This document shows positions 57,201 through 64,000 of a stretch of 64,000 nucleotides of DNA, in pieces. The position numbers and the translations under genes are program-made. Position 1 is the stretch's first letter. Each line of letters begins with the position of its first letter. The DNA lies in NCBI GenBank assembly GCA_000002435.2, contig CM018793.1; one strand, written 5' to 3'. The notes beneath the pieces are model-generated. The model saw nothing but the letters and a program-made list of their open reading frames with translations. It was not told the origin of the DNA and did not search any database. Source of the stretch: Giardia intestinalis. Its lineage: Eukaryota.

Positions 57201-59201
57201 ACCACCGATACGGCTGACAACATATTCACAAAAGCATTCAGCTGCCAAAGTGCGCGGGAAATGTATGCGGATGCTGCGCTTCTTGTACACTTTCCTATGT
57301 TTTTTCTCCCAAAGTACCTGTCTGTTCGCTCGAGGCGCTTCTCATCCATATACACATTTCTACACTACGTTCCGTGGTATTTTCCGCTAGATCTTGCTAA
57401 GATCTACTGCTGCCTTACTGATCTTACCAGCGGGCATGAGGAATCGATCTCGCCCTTATCTAGATTTGACAGTGTGTCTGCTCAGCCTTTTGTTTCGACT
57501 GCCTCTCTCTTGATTACACCGCAGTATAGCCGACCCTTCCTATGCTCCACTCTCTTATCTGTGCTCCAAGATGGGCCGCTAGCCACTGTCGATGCTTTCG
57601 CGGCATCTGCTCTCACGCTCTTCTTTGCGACACCTCGTGGGCTAAATCTGTCGTTATTGTCGAGCCTGCAGCACCTCTTGCCTATTGATGCCGGTGCGCC
57701 TGTAGATGACTTAGTTTTTACATTAGCAAAAACCATCGACATTATCTTCTCTAACGTACTCCCTGGCATAGATGGCCTGGCTATTAATCCTGTTCAAGAG
57801 TCTTGCCATTTGACTAGGCTGCTTTCTGGAATAGACTACAAGAGTGTCCATGACTTTCTCAGTAACCCGTCGGAATTTGCAGCGACCATGCTTCGGATTT
57901 TCAGACACTCTCCGTACGACCTTTTAAGGGTGTACTTCTATAAACATTTCCCTGCCGCCCAGGCTCTTCCTGACGTGCCAGCAGAGAATAAACTATTAAA
58001 GGAAGCCTACATAAATACAGGAACGCGCTTTCTGTTCTCTATCCTCTTCCCAGATGATCTTCTTGATACTAAGGGCAATTCATCTCAACTAAACGGTCAG
58101 ATTAGGCGTGGCTGTTCGAAGATCTTGGGGACAGATATAGTGGGCCCGGAACTTTTGCTGTTTGGGCTCGACGATGACGGCCACCCCTCGCAGGACTGGA
58201 TTCACTTTACTAAGAAGAACTCCCTGACCCAAGAACAGAGAGGAATTGTTTTTTCCGTTAGTCAGTTTCTAATCATGAACTGCGCTGAGAATTCGTTGGT
58301 GAAGAAAGGCCAACGCGAGGCTTTGACATGGGTCTCTTATATCCTTCCCCTCATGGATGAGTCCATAGCCAAGAGGCTTGTCAGTGATGTCCTTGGTAAA
58401 AGTCCACTTGACGGGGAAGTGCAGTTCTTGCTCTCCTTGCAATTGGCGCAATTTTGCGACTCGGGGTCCATCTCGGTTCATTTTTATCAACGGTTCACAT
58501 ATCTTCTTCAGAACCACGAAGCTAAGCAAGCAGAGTTAGAATCCTTTATAGAAAAGACGCTTTCGCTTTATCTCTCACAACTTACTGGGGCAAACGGCGA
58601 GGTCGTCAAAGAGCTCTTTAAGGCCCTGTCGACTGTACAGGATGAACGCTCGTACTTTGACTATGCGCTAAAGACCCTTGCCACTCTCAGAGAAACGCTC
58701 TATGTAGATGCTGCAGATACTCTGGTTCTGCATCTAATGCAGCTTGGCGATACCTCACGGATATTGCAGCTAATTAAGCTCCTCTCCCGTCAGCTTAACT
58801 CCGATCTTATTACGCAGGATGCTATACTCAGCGCCGGGATTGCCGACCAGTCTCACTCTCTGAACATGCGCATTACCATGCTCAGACAGGGGACAACAAT
58901 TGGAGCGCTCAAATGCTTCATGTGTCAGCAGCCAGTTTACAAGGAGCCTGTCTATCCCAAATCGGTGATTACATCCATAGAGGCAGGAAAGAATGTCCAG
59001 CTCGAAAGGCAGATCTCTCCTTCAGAAGCAAAGACCACGCATGTCTTTTCATGTGGCCATGTATTTCATCATGCGTGCCTCAACGAGACTGAGGAAGGGC
59101 TGCAGAGGCGGGCTGACGTCCTTAACAGGTATCTTCTGGGGGAGATCACCACTTGTGAGTATCCAGCACACTACAAGATCGAATGCCCAGTGTGTAAATG
59201 A
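54252..59201 (+). CDS. 1649-aa protein with a beta-propeller-like N-terminal region, a long alpha-solenoid and a C-terminal RING-H2 finger; candidate HOPS/CORVET-class tethering subunit (Vps8/Vps41/Vps18/Vps11-like)
   Basis: The C-terminus is CFMCQQPV...(35 aa)...FSCGHVFHHACL...ECPVCK, a C-x2-C...C-x-H-x2-H-x2-C...C-x2-C RING-H2, as found at the C-termini of class C Vps proteins. The start is ATG after an A/T-rich element. The family assignment is tentative. Confidence 0.7.
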   Translation: MLSLSFDDWATHEVQVNPLNPLSLQDPPTDRTRLASLSRSLMFGQELTDSALPSLFVSTDLPFSMKNTRFVAISAGVAAYLVCGSESNTFMLYDIQTGELELEMNPEVDGFLLGGIAYVVKKKSAARVVFMVAYSATALCCYYYKDKVLEQQKITASVLGLKNIATVTCLPMADASSESLDTSKGTIKTHQQFSILVADTSGNVVRLTISTKTEAFKTTIIHEADTDASFLQLHAVAAPLAIEGLDLYKSNGPDFSVLIFIVFKDKVVIKACGTIPQTVLSMGVLASQFLPEGLLLSAITGVETGSTGGFQTAYNLRILFTSESELSVASLVPFSSKHQVAPSEVNFKLDHKQKYSLLGLRSVCFLASDIAVFFCSKAWHAAFLITPIDALGHEPAISHVQEIDSHSLSGDFNILDIDTPFFTTDPVYGPRLLCTPTAPIASWPAKILTTKTLDSLCTGHAASRSQHLALPLVYNYAYRVFGLGLLKSDIFANSLSVPFNPLELSACLYIHESNHRSTAWTKHLAGSLQAAHLSKDGLSTVDKLLNLIVKLFEAPFQNDSHGYVVSVHLLALAASLNALSAFLGLALKTFGSSYISEAPPYFLAALVFLTLNFQLDLSIDDLSALLDVLKTQLACSNTSHQFTCPLIQEPEFILRRALDPNKVLENIQSICLLNSCNRQQYDDLLAVTTNRKLEAALFFLYVLRVFDDSKEGGEGVLRSDPWPDFFKEIRRQQDAGSQEGLFAYHQFLRLVLTDFTDAATTIRTANICLRTTSGLSLHLPVYLANQAVVIDASRASSLSSGFYKTLHNKVFTGNPNELVLEWISISCRDFCLIALSSVAAKAAGLVRKSSGSNSNYLMEFNHVLITLQNLVFDTSFIENLKSVDSVDNPRIFRRSVTTGRLNFESLLLLSHVLFDISMIVLDIMRHTSPGTPVQNEALRKHGILPEIDRIAACKMLSRLPECCWIYLLLVRAMETPEQLEACLTTDTADNIFTKAFSCQSAREMYADAALLVHFPMFFLPKYLSVRSRRFSSIYTFLHYVPWYFPLDLAKIYCCLTDLTSGHEESISPLSRFDSVSAQPFVSTASLLITPQYSRPFLCSTLLSVLQDGPLATVDAFAASALTLFFATPRGLNLSLLSSLQHLLPIDAGAPVDDLVFTLAKTIDIIFSNVLPGIDGLAINPVQESCHLTRLLSGIDYKSVHDFLSNPSEFAATMLRIFRHSPYDLLRVYFYKHFPAAQALPDVPAENKLLKEAYINTGTRFLFSILFPDDLLDTKGNSSQLNGQIRRGCSKILGTDIVGPELLLFGLDDDGHPSQDWIHFTKKNSLTQEQRGIVFSVSQFLIMNCAENSLVKKGQREALTWVSYILPLMDESIAKRLVSDVLGKSPLDGEVQFLLSLQLAQFCDSGSISVHFYQRFTYLLQNHEAKQAELESFIEKTLSLYLSQLTGANGEVVKELFKALSTVQDERSYFDYALKTLATLRETLYVDAADTLVLHLMQLGDTSRILQLIKLLSRQLNSDLITQDAILSAGIADQSHSLNMRITMLRQGTTIGALKCFMCQQPVYKEPVYPKSVITSIEAGKNVQLERQISPSEAKTTHVFSCGHVFHHACLNETEEGLQRRADVLNRYLLGEITTCEYPAHYKIECPVCK

Positions 59202-59689
59202 TTAGTACACAATCACTGATCCTGGCGAGAAGCAGCTGCGCACTTGCATTGTTCGCCGTGTTCTGTAGTAAAGCATCGGGGAGATCAGACCGAAGAAAGC
59301 CACAAGCTAGTCTTTACCTCATAATATTGTCGGGCGCATTTCCGGTGGAACCCTTCTCTGCTCCTACCAATTTCTACGTAATAAGAACTGGCCCTGGCTC
59401 GTTTCTAATGCTATCCAATAATGTCTTAAGCTCAAAATATTCTTATCAGCGAGAGCAGAAGAGCACCGTTTTCATAGACTCCAAGCTTCAAAGAGGATAT
59501 GGAAACTGAGGCATCAGTATGGAAGAAGATCCAGGCCTGACCCTAGGGCCATTCTTGGGGCATGAGTAGTGTCTTTGACGTCTAGATTCTCGGACTATCA
59601 CACACGCTTGTAATTCTAAAAGACGAGCCTCGACCAGAGATGCCTTACCTGCTCATCATCAAACAAGCCCTCGCCGGACGGGCAGACGT

Positions 59690-60060
59690 GCGTGTTTTCC
59701 AATACCAAGAAGAGTGGCTCTGGCCTTTTCACTGGGGCCATCGCGGGCACCGCCGCGGCTGCCGTCGGGCTCCTCTGCAGAGGCGAGACGCAGACCTGGG
59801 CGGCAGACACGCGGCCGGACTGGCCCGGGTCTGGCGGACACCGCGCCTCCGGGGGGCTTTTTGAAAAGGCTGGCGATCCGACCGGCGCCCTGCCGCCCGA
59901 GGGTCTGCGCTCCACCCCGGGCCCCGCCCCACGGCGCCCTCTCCCGCGCGGACTGGCGCAGCGCGTCCCCGGAGGAGGGCATCTCGGCGTGTGCAGGCAG
60001 ACTCGGCCTTGTGGCGGATCGATTTGATCCCGCTATACGCGGCGTCTGAGGACGGCTCAG
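59690..60060. other. About 70% GC non-coding island inside a 958-bp intergenic spacer
   Basis: GC rises abruptly against 50% GC flanks. Only mutually overlapping, Arg/Ala/Pro-rich ORFs on both strands fall here, which is typical of non-coding GC-rich DNA. Short matches to the SSU 5' region (GACGGCTCAG...GCGGCGGTCC...TGCGCGCAAG) are visible. Confidence 0.5.
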
Positions 60061-60159
60061 CGGCGGTCCGCTCTTGTGCGCAAGCGACTGCCCCATGGAT
60101 TGCCCTTCTTATGTTTGCAACATACTGGCACATGACTGGCCCGGCCTTAAAATCACCGC

Positions 60160-63100
60160 ATGCTGATTCTCCTGTGTGCCGCTGCATGTCTCGCCGAGGC
60201 GTGCGGGACAGGACCTGCATGTGTTAACGGAGACTGCGCCTACGGGGACGGAGCACACTTCTGCCAGTGCAGGCGGGGCTGGGTGGGGGCTGCGTGTGAC
60301 GCCCCCCGCGCGGGGTTCCGCAAGATAACTACCAGTGGGCAGACACCCGCGGACAGGGCCGTCAACTACGCCTGCCTCGTGAACGGGACGGAGTGCACAG
60401 GGTCGAGCAAGTGCACCTACTACGCAGGGGCGTACTCGTGCGACCCCTGTCCTGCTGGCTTCGTGTCCTACGAGGGCGAGTGCCTGCCGAGGGGCTGCTT
60501 CAACACCGGCGATTACTCAGACCAGGAGGCAACGAAGGCCCCTTGCAACGGCCGCGGCCGCTGCCTCCTGAAGGACCCCGGGCTAGCAGGGATGGATGCT
60601 GACGACTACGCGTGCGACTGCTACCCGATCTACCGCGGGGGCCTCTGCCAGTCGTGCGACGACGCCAACGCGATCGCTGCGGGAAGCTCTTCGTCTGATG
60701 CCCTCCCTACGTGCAATGCGCGGGCCTGCCAGGACTCGGATGGCGTCGTGTGCTCAGGCCAGGGAACGTGCACCCTCGACGTGGGCCTCGATCGCGAATC
60801 ATATCACTATCGCTGCAAGTGCAATGATGGCTACACACGCGTTGGGCACAAGTGCGTCAGGACGGAGTGCGTGGCCACGATCGACGGGTCCCCGGTCGTC
60901 TGCGGGGGCTTTGGAGAGTGCACGGATAAAGATAGCCCCGGTACCTTCAAGTGCGTTTGCGATTCTAATGCAGTCCCGGTCGGTCAGTTTTGCACATATC
61001 CCGCGTGCACAGACAGCGCTGCTACTGAGATCTGTGGCGGAGTGGGCGCCTGTGTGCGTGACGGCGCTGGCTATAAGTGCGACTGCCGAGGGCTTGCCAC
61101 GGGCGACCTCTGTGATACTTGCACTCCTGGGAAATCCGCTCAGGTAGGCGACAAGTGCGTTCCAGTGGGGTGCCTCACCTCAAACAACCAGGAATCATGC
61201 AAGAACGGAGGAACATGCGTCAAGTCCGACGGCGAGTACCATTGCCGCTGCCCGGACATGCTCATTGCCGTCAGCGGAGAGTGCACGTCCCCCGCGTGCA
61301 TGGACGAGGAGCTGGGGAAAGTCTGCTCGGGACACGGCACGTGCAAAACGGACGACCCACAAGACATAAAGTGCACCTGTAGTTCTGAATACACGTACGT
61401 CGCCCCGGGGCGCTGCATCCTAACAGCCTTGATGGACGGCGACCGAATCTGCAGCGGCCACGGCCACGTTAGCATCGACACCTCGGATCCTCCCACGATG
61501 ACCTGCAGGTGCTCGTCGATCTACGAGGGGTCCAAGTGCGAGACCTGCAAGGCCTCTGTCGCCCAGGAGATCGAGGGCGAGTGCGTCCCAACCAAGTGCA
61601 TTGTGGCACCCCAGCCCGGATCGCGAGCCACCACTCCCAGGGTCTGCGACGACCACGGCCAATACACGAAGTTCGGCGACCCGAGCGACCCGTTTGCCAC
61701 GTGCACCCCCAAGGACCCCGACTCCGGGACCGTCTCCGCCTACAATGGCACCTTCCTTGCGAGGCCCGGGTGCGTGCATGTCAGCAAGGTAGACAGGACC
61801 AGGAGGTTTTACTGCGGATTCCTGCAGGGACTGACAGACAACTTGCAGGAAGGCGTGGTAACGTGCAATACACAGAACGAGGGATCTGTGTCTGTTGAGA
61901 CGTGCAATGGTTGCCCAGAGGGCTTTAAGCTTGTCCACTTCGGGGCAGAAGAGGGCTATAGAAAGACATGTATGCACGACAACTGCTACCACGGAACTGG
62001 CGCCAGCAGGATGTGGTACGACTACTGCGGCGGGACCGGCGACTGCATCAAAGAGGGTGACACGTACAGGTGCGACTGCGGCCCCAGTGCCACTTGGAAC
62101 GAGGGCCTGAAGGCGTGCGTCACCGAGGCGTGCAAGCTCAACAAAACGCTGGCCGGCCCAGAGGCGCCCGAGTACTGCGCAGCGCCATCTAGCCTTGCGC
62201 TCCACTGCACCGTCGGCCGGGACGCGGCCTGGCAGTGCGATTGCCCCCAGGGCGACTACCTCACGTACAACAGGACGTGCATCCTGAGGAGCAAGAGCGC
62301 CAGCCCCACGACCCACCGAGCAAGGGGGCTTTGCGGCGGCCCCGGGGCGGGCTTCCTGAGCGGCAGCGGGTCCTGCGTCTGCAACCCGGGCTTCCTCAAG
62401 ATCGACGACATGTGCTACAGCTATGACTGCCTGCCCGTGGGTGTGACGGCCGACACAAAGAGGTTGGACCTCAGCCCCCACGTCTGCTCCGGGAAGGGGG
62501 TCTGCGCGTACAACCAGCTGACCGGCCGATATGGCTGCGAGTGCGAAGCTGGTCTGGAGGCCTTCGGGGGCTACTGCACTCATCCCGGGTGCGCCGGGAA
62601 GGTGATCCACAACGGAGAGCTTAAATACGTTGAGTGCAAGGTCTACGACGGGTCCGTGGGCAGCTGCGTTCAGAGCGCAGACGGGGCCGCGTACTTCTGC
62701 GCCTGCAGCTTCCCGTACACATCTGTCGGCGGGCTCTGCGTCCATCAGCGCTGCGTGGTGAATGGCGAGTACTGCGGCGGCGACGCCCTGGCCTCGTGCG
62801 TGAGGGGCAGCGATAGCCTGTACGGCTGCGTCTGCTCCGAGGGCTACGAGCTGAGCGAGGAGCGGAGCGAGCACGGGAACAAGGCCAAGTGCGTCCCGAG
62901 CAGGTGCATGTACAGGCCGTCGGCAGGCGACCCCGCCATCGAGTGCAACGGGCTGGGCACGTGCGGCAATGGTGGCGGTGGGTCTCTGCTGAAGGACAAG
63001 AGGTGCGAGTGCAGCGGTGGAGCTCAGCTGCACACTCTTAGAGACGCAAGCGGGGAGCTGAGGGAGACGTGCATTCTGGACGCGTGCATCTCTAGCAAGG

Positions 63101-64000
63101 ACCAGGAGGTACCGGTGATCTGCGGGGGCTCCGGCAGGTGCGGGCCGAGCGGCTGCATCTGCAACCTGGGAACGAAGCTGTTTGGCAACGCCTGCGTCGG
63201 GATCAACTGCTTCATCAACGCCACGAATGACAGTGGAGGGGTTGCCGAGTCGGTGTGCGGGAGCGAGGCCGTCGGGGTGTGCACGAAGATAGCGTCCCAC
63301 GGCGACCGTCGAGATTACGCCTGCAAATGCGTGACGTCTCCCCCCGAGGGATACGAGGAGGTCGACGGGTTCTGCCTGCCAAAGTCCTGCGTATTCGCGG
63401 TTGGGACCCTCGACGGTCAGGACGCGAAGACGATGTGCGGCGGAAGCCACTTCGGGACCTGCGTGATCAGCACCAACCAGCAGACGAGCTCCTACTGCAG
63501 CTGCAAGAGCAGGCCCGACGTCGTTCAGCTCACGTCGGGGCAGTGCATGAAGCGGGACTGCGTCAGCGACGCCCTGCCCGGGAGCGCGTACCAGAGCATC
63601 GAGTGCTACGGCCACGGAAAGTGCAGGACGGGCGACGGCGTCACCTACGCGTGCAAGTGCGAGGAGGGATACAAGACGGTCAGGGGCGTGATCGGGACCT
63701 ACCTCTGCATCCCGCAGGCATGCGTCGTCTCGGAGACAGACACGGCCGCGGTCTGCAGCGGGCGGGGGACCTGCTCGGTGGACGAGAAGACATGCAAGTG
63801 CGGCACGGAGTATGCTGGCGAGAGGTGCGAGACCTGCGCGGCCGGCTACAAGGAGCACACGAACAGGCGGTGCTACCGCAGCAGCTGCCCGGAGGACGGG
63901 AATTGCGGCGTAGAGGACGGCGCCAGCCTGGGCAGCTGCCAGTTCGGCGGCAGTAGCTTCAGCTGCATCTGCGTCAACTCGAGCTTCGTCACCGACAGCG
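60160..64000 (+). CDS. Giant secreted cysteine-rich EGF-like/CXXC-module protein (more than 1280 aa, runs past the window end); a paralogue of the 36441..38159 gene
   Basis: The start is ATG at 60160, preceded by in-frame stops, and the signal peptide is MLILLCAAACLAEA. The frame stays open to position 64000. The same module recurs (CQCRRGWVGAACD, CDCYPIYRGGLCQSCD, CKCNDGYTRVGHKCVRTEC, CRCPDMLIAVSGECTSPAC), with CXXC pairs (CDPCP, CDTCT, CETCK, CNGCP). The antisense 812-aa ORF 61420..63858 is a shadow. Confidence 0.8.
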   Translation, partial: MLILLCAAACLAEACGTGPACVNGDCAYGDGAHFCQCRRGWVGAACDAPRAGFRKITTSGQTPADRAVNYACLVNGTECTGSSKCTYYAGAYSCDPCPAGFVSYEGECLPRGCFNTGDYSDQEATKAPCNGRGRCLLKDPGLAGMDADDYACDCYPIYRGGLCQSCDDANAIAAGSSSSDALPTCNARACQDSDGVVCSGQGTCTLDVGLDRESYHYRCKCNDGYTRVGHKCVRTECVATIDGSPVVCGGFGECTDKDSPGTFKCVCDSNAVPVGQFCTYPACTDSAATEICGGVGACVRDGAGYKCDCRGLATGDLCDTCTPGKSAQVGDKCVPVGCLTSNNQESCKNGGTCVKSDGEYHCRCPDMLIAVSGECTSPACMDEELGKVCSGHGTCKTDDPQDIKCTCSSEYTYVAPGRCILTALMDGDRICSGHGHVSIDTSDPPTMTCRCSSIYEGSKCETCKASVAQEIEGECVPTKCIVAPQPGSRATTPRVCDDHGQYTKFGDPSDPFATCTPKDPDSGTVSAYNGTFLARPGCVHVSKVDRTRRFYCGFLQGLTDNLQEGVVTCNTQNEGSVSVETCNGCPEGFKLVHFGAEEGYRKTCMHDNCYHGTGASRMWYDYCGGTGDCIKEGDTYRCDCGPSATWNEGLKACVTEACKLNKTLAGPEAPEYCAAPSSLALHCTVGRDAAWQCDCPQGDYLTYNRTCILRSKSASPTTHRARGLCGGPGAGFLSGSGSCVCNPGFLKIDDMCYSYDCLPVGVTADTKRLDLSPHVCSGKGVCAYNQLTGRYGCECEAGLEAFGGYCTHPGCAGKVIHNGELKYVECKVYDGSVGSCVQSADGAAYFCACSFPYTSVGGLCVHQRCVVNGEYCGGDALASCVRGSDSLYGCVCSEGYELSEERSEHGNKAKCVPSRCMYRPSAGDPAIECNGLGTCGNGGGGSLLKDKRCECSGGAQLHTLRDASGELRETCILDACISSKDQEVPVICGGSGRCGPSGCICNLGTKLFGNACVGINCFINATNDSGGVAESVCGSEAVGVCTKIASHGDRRDYACKCVTSPPEGYEEVDGFCLPKSCVFAVGTLDGQDAKTMCGGSHFGTCVISTNQQTSSYCSCKSRPDVVQLTSGQCMKRDCVSDALPGSAYQSIECYGHGKCRTGDGVTYACKCEEGYKTVRGVIGTYLCIPQACVVSETDTAAVCSGRGTCSVDEKTCKCGTEYAGERCETCAAGYKEHTNRRCYRSSCPEDGNCGVEDGASLGSCQFGGSSFSCICVNSSFVTDS

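Noticed and set aside
59198-59509. 103-aa plus-strand ORF downstream of the RING-H2 gene
   Set aside because: It is low-complexity, has no initiator element, and overlaps the stop of the upstream gene. I read it as non-coding 3' flank.
61420-63858. 812-aa minus-strand ORF and several plus-strand ORFs at 61509-63956
   Set aside because: They are antisense to or out of frame with the giant Cys-rich ORF, which stays open through 64000. Their composition is Ala/Arg/Pro/Gly-rich, typical of shadows.
19889-64000. CRISPR arrays, prokaryotic mobile elements and operon-type defence systems
   Set aside because: This window shows a eukaryotic (diplomonad-like) gene set and rDNA. No direct-repeat/spacer arrays, transposase or integrase ORFs were seen.

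Overview
Bases 1-19888 are an unresolved N gap. The readable 44 kb is eukaryotic, and I infer it comes from a Giardia-type diplomonad. The inference rests on long intron-free ORFs at about 50-55% GC, intergenic spacers often under 100 bp, A/T-rich initiator elements directly upstream of ATG codons, and AGTRAAY-like motifs just after stop codons. It also rests on an extremely GC-rich rDNA and on gene families typical of Giardia: 33-aa ankyrin arrays, NEK-like pseudokinases and high-cysteine EGF/CXXC-module surface proteins.

The left edge (19889 to about 23430, minus strand) is a partial rDNA unit. It holds the SSU rRNA (5' end at 21116, 3' end lost in the gap), a spacer of about 1.1 kb, and only the 3' 1.2 kb of the LSU rRNA. 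That LSU piece ends immediately downstream of the stop and poly(A) signal of an ankyrin gene, which is the subtelomeric rDNA junction arrangement reported for Giardia chromosome ends.

To the right lies a compact run of protein genes: an ankyrin array, a NEK-like pseudokinase, a 1906-aa EF-hand/WD protein, a PQ-loop transporter, Pescadillo, a secreted Cys-rich protein, a Nup98-like FG nucleoporin, a CDK, an 811-aa unknown protein, BOP1, eIF5A, a NAA15-like TPR protein, ornithine cyclodeaminase, Cbf5/dyskerin, RPL27a, a MAP2K-like kinase, a Yip1-family protein, a 1649-aa RING-H2 protein and a second giant Cys-rich protein that runs off the window end.

There are no prokaryotic-style systems such as CRISPR or operons. 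The ORF track uses ATG, GTG and TTG as starts, so I moved several starts to the first ATG that follows an A/T-rich element. Many listed ORFs are GC-driven antisense or rDNA artefacts.

The most interesting point is that the kinase and ankyrin ORFs look like one NEK-kinase/ankyrin gene broken by two single-base frameshifts in homopolymers. Other notable items are a Nup98/Nup100-like nucleoporin whose autoproteolytic-domain homologue ends without the catalytic His-Phe-Ser, a 70% GC non-coding island that may be an rDNA relic or a structured RNA gene, and the LSU breakpoint itself.
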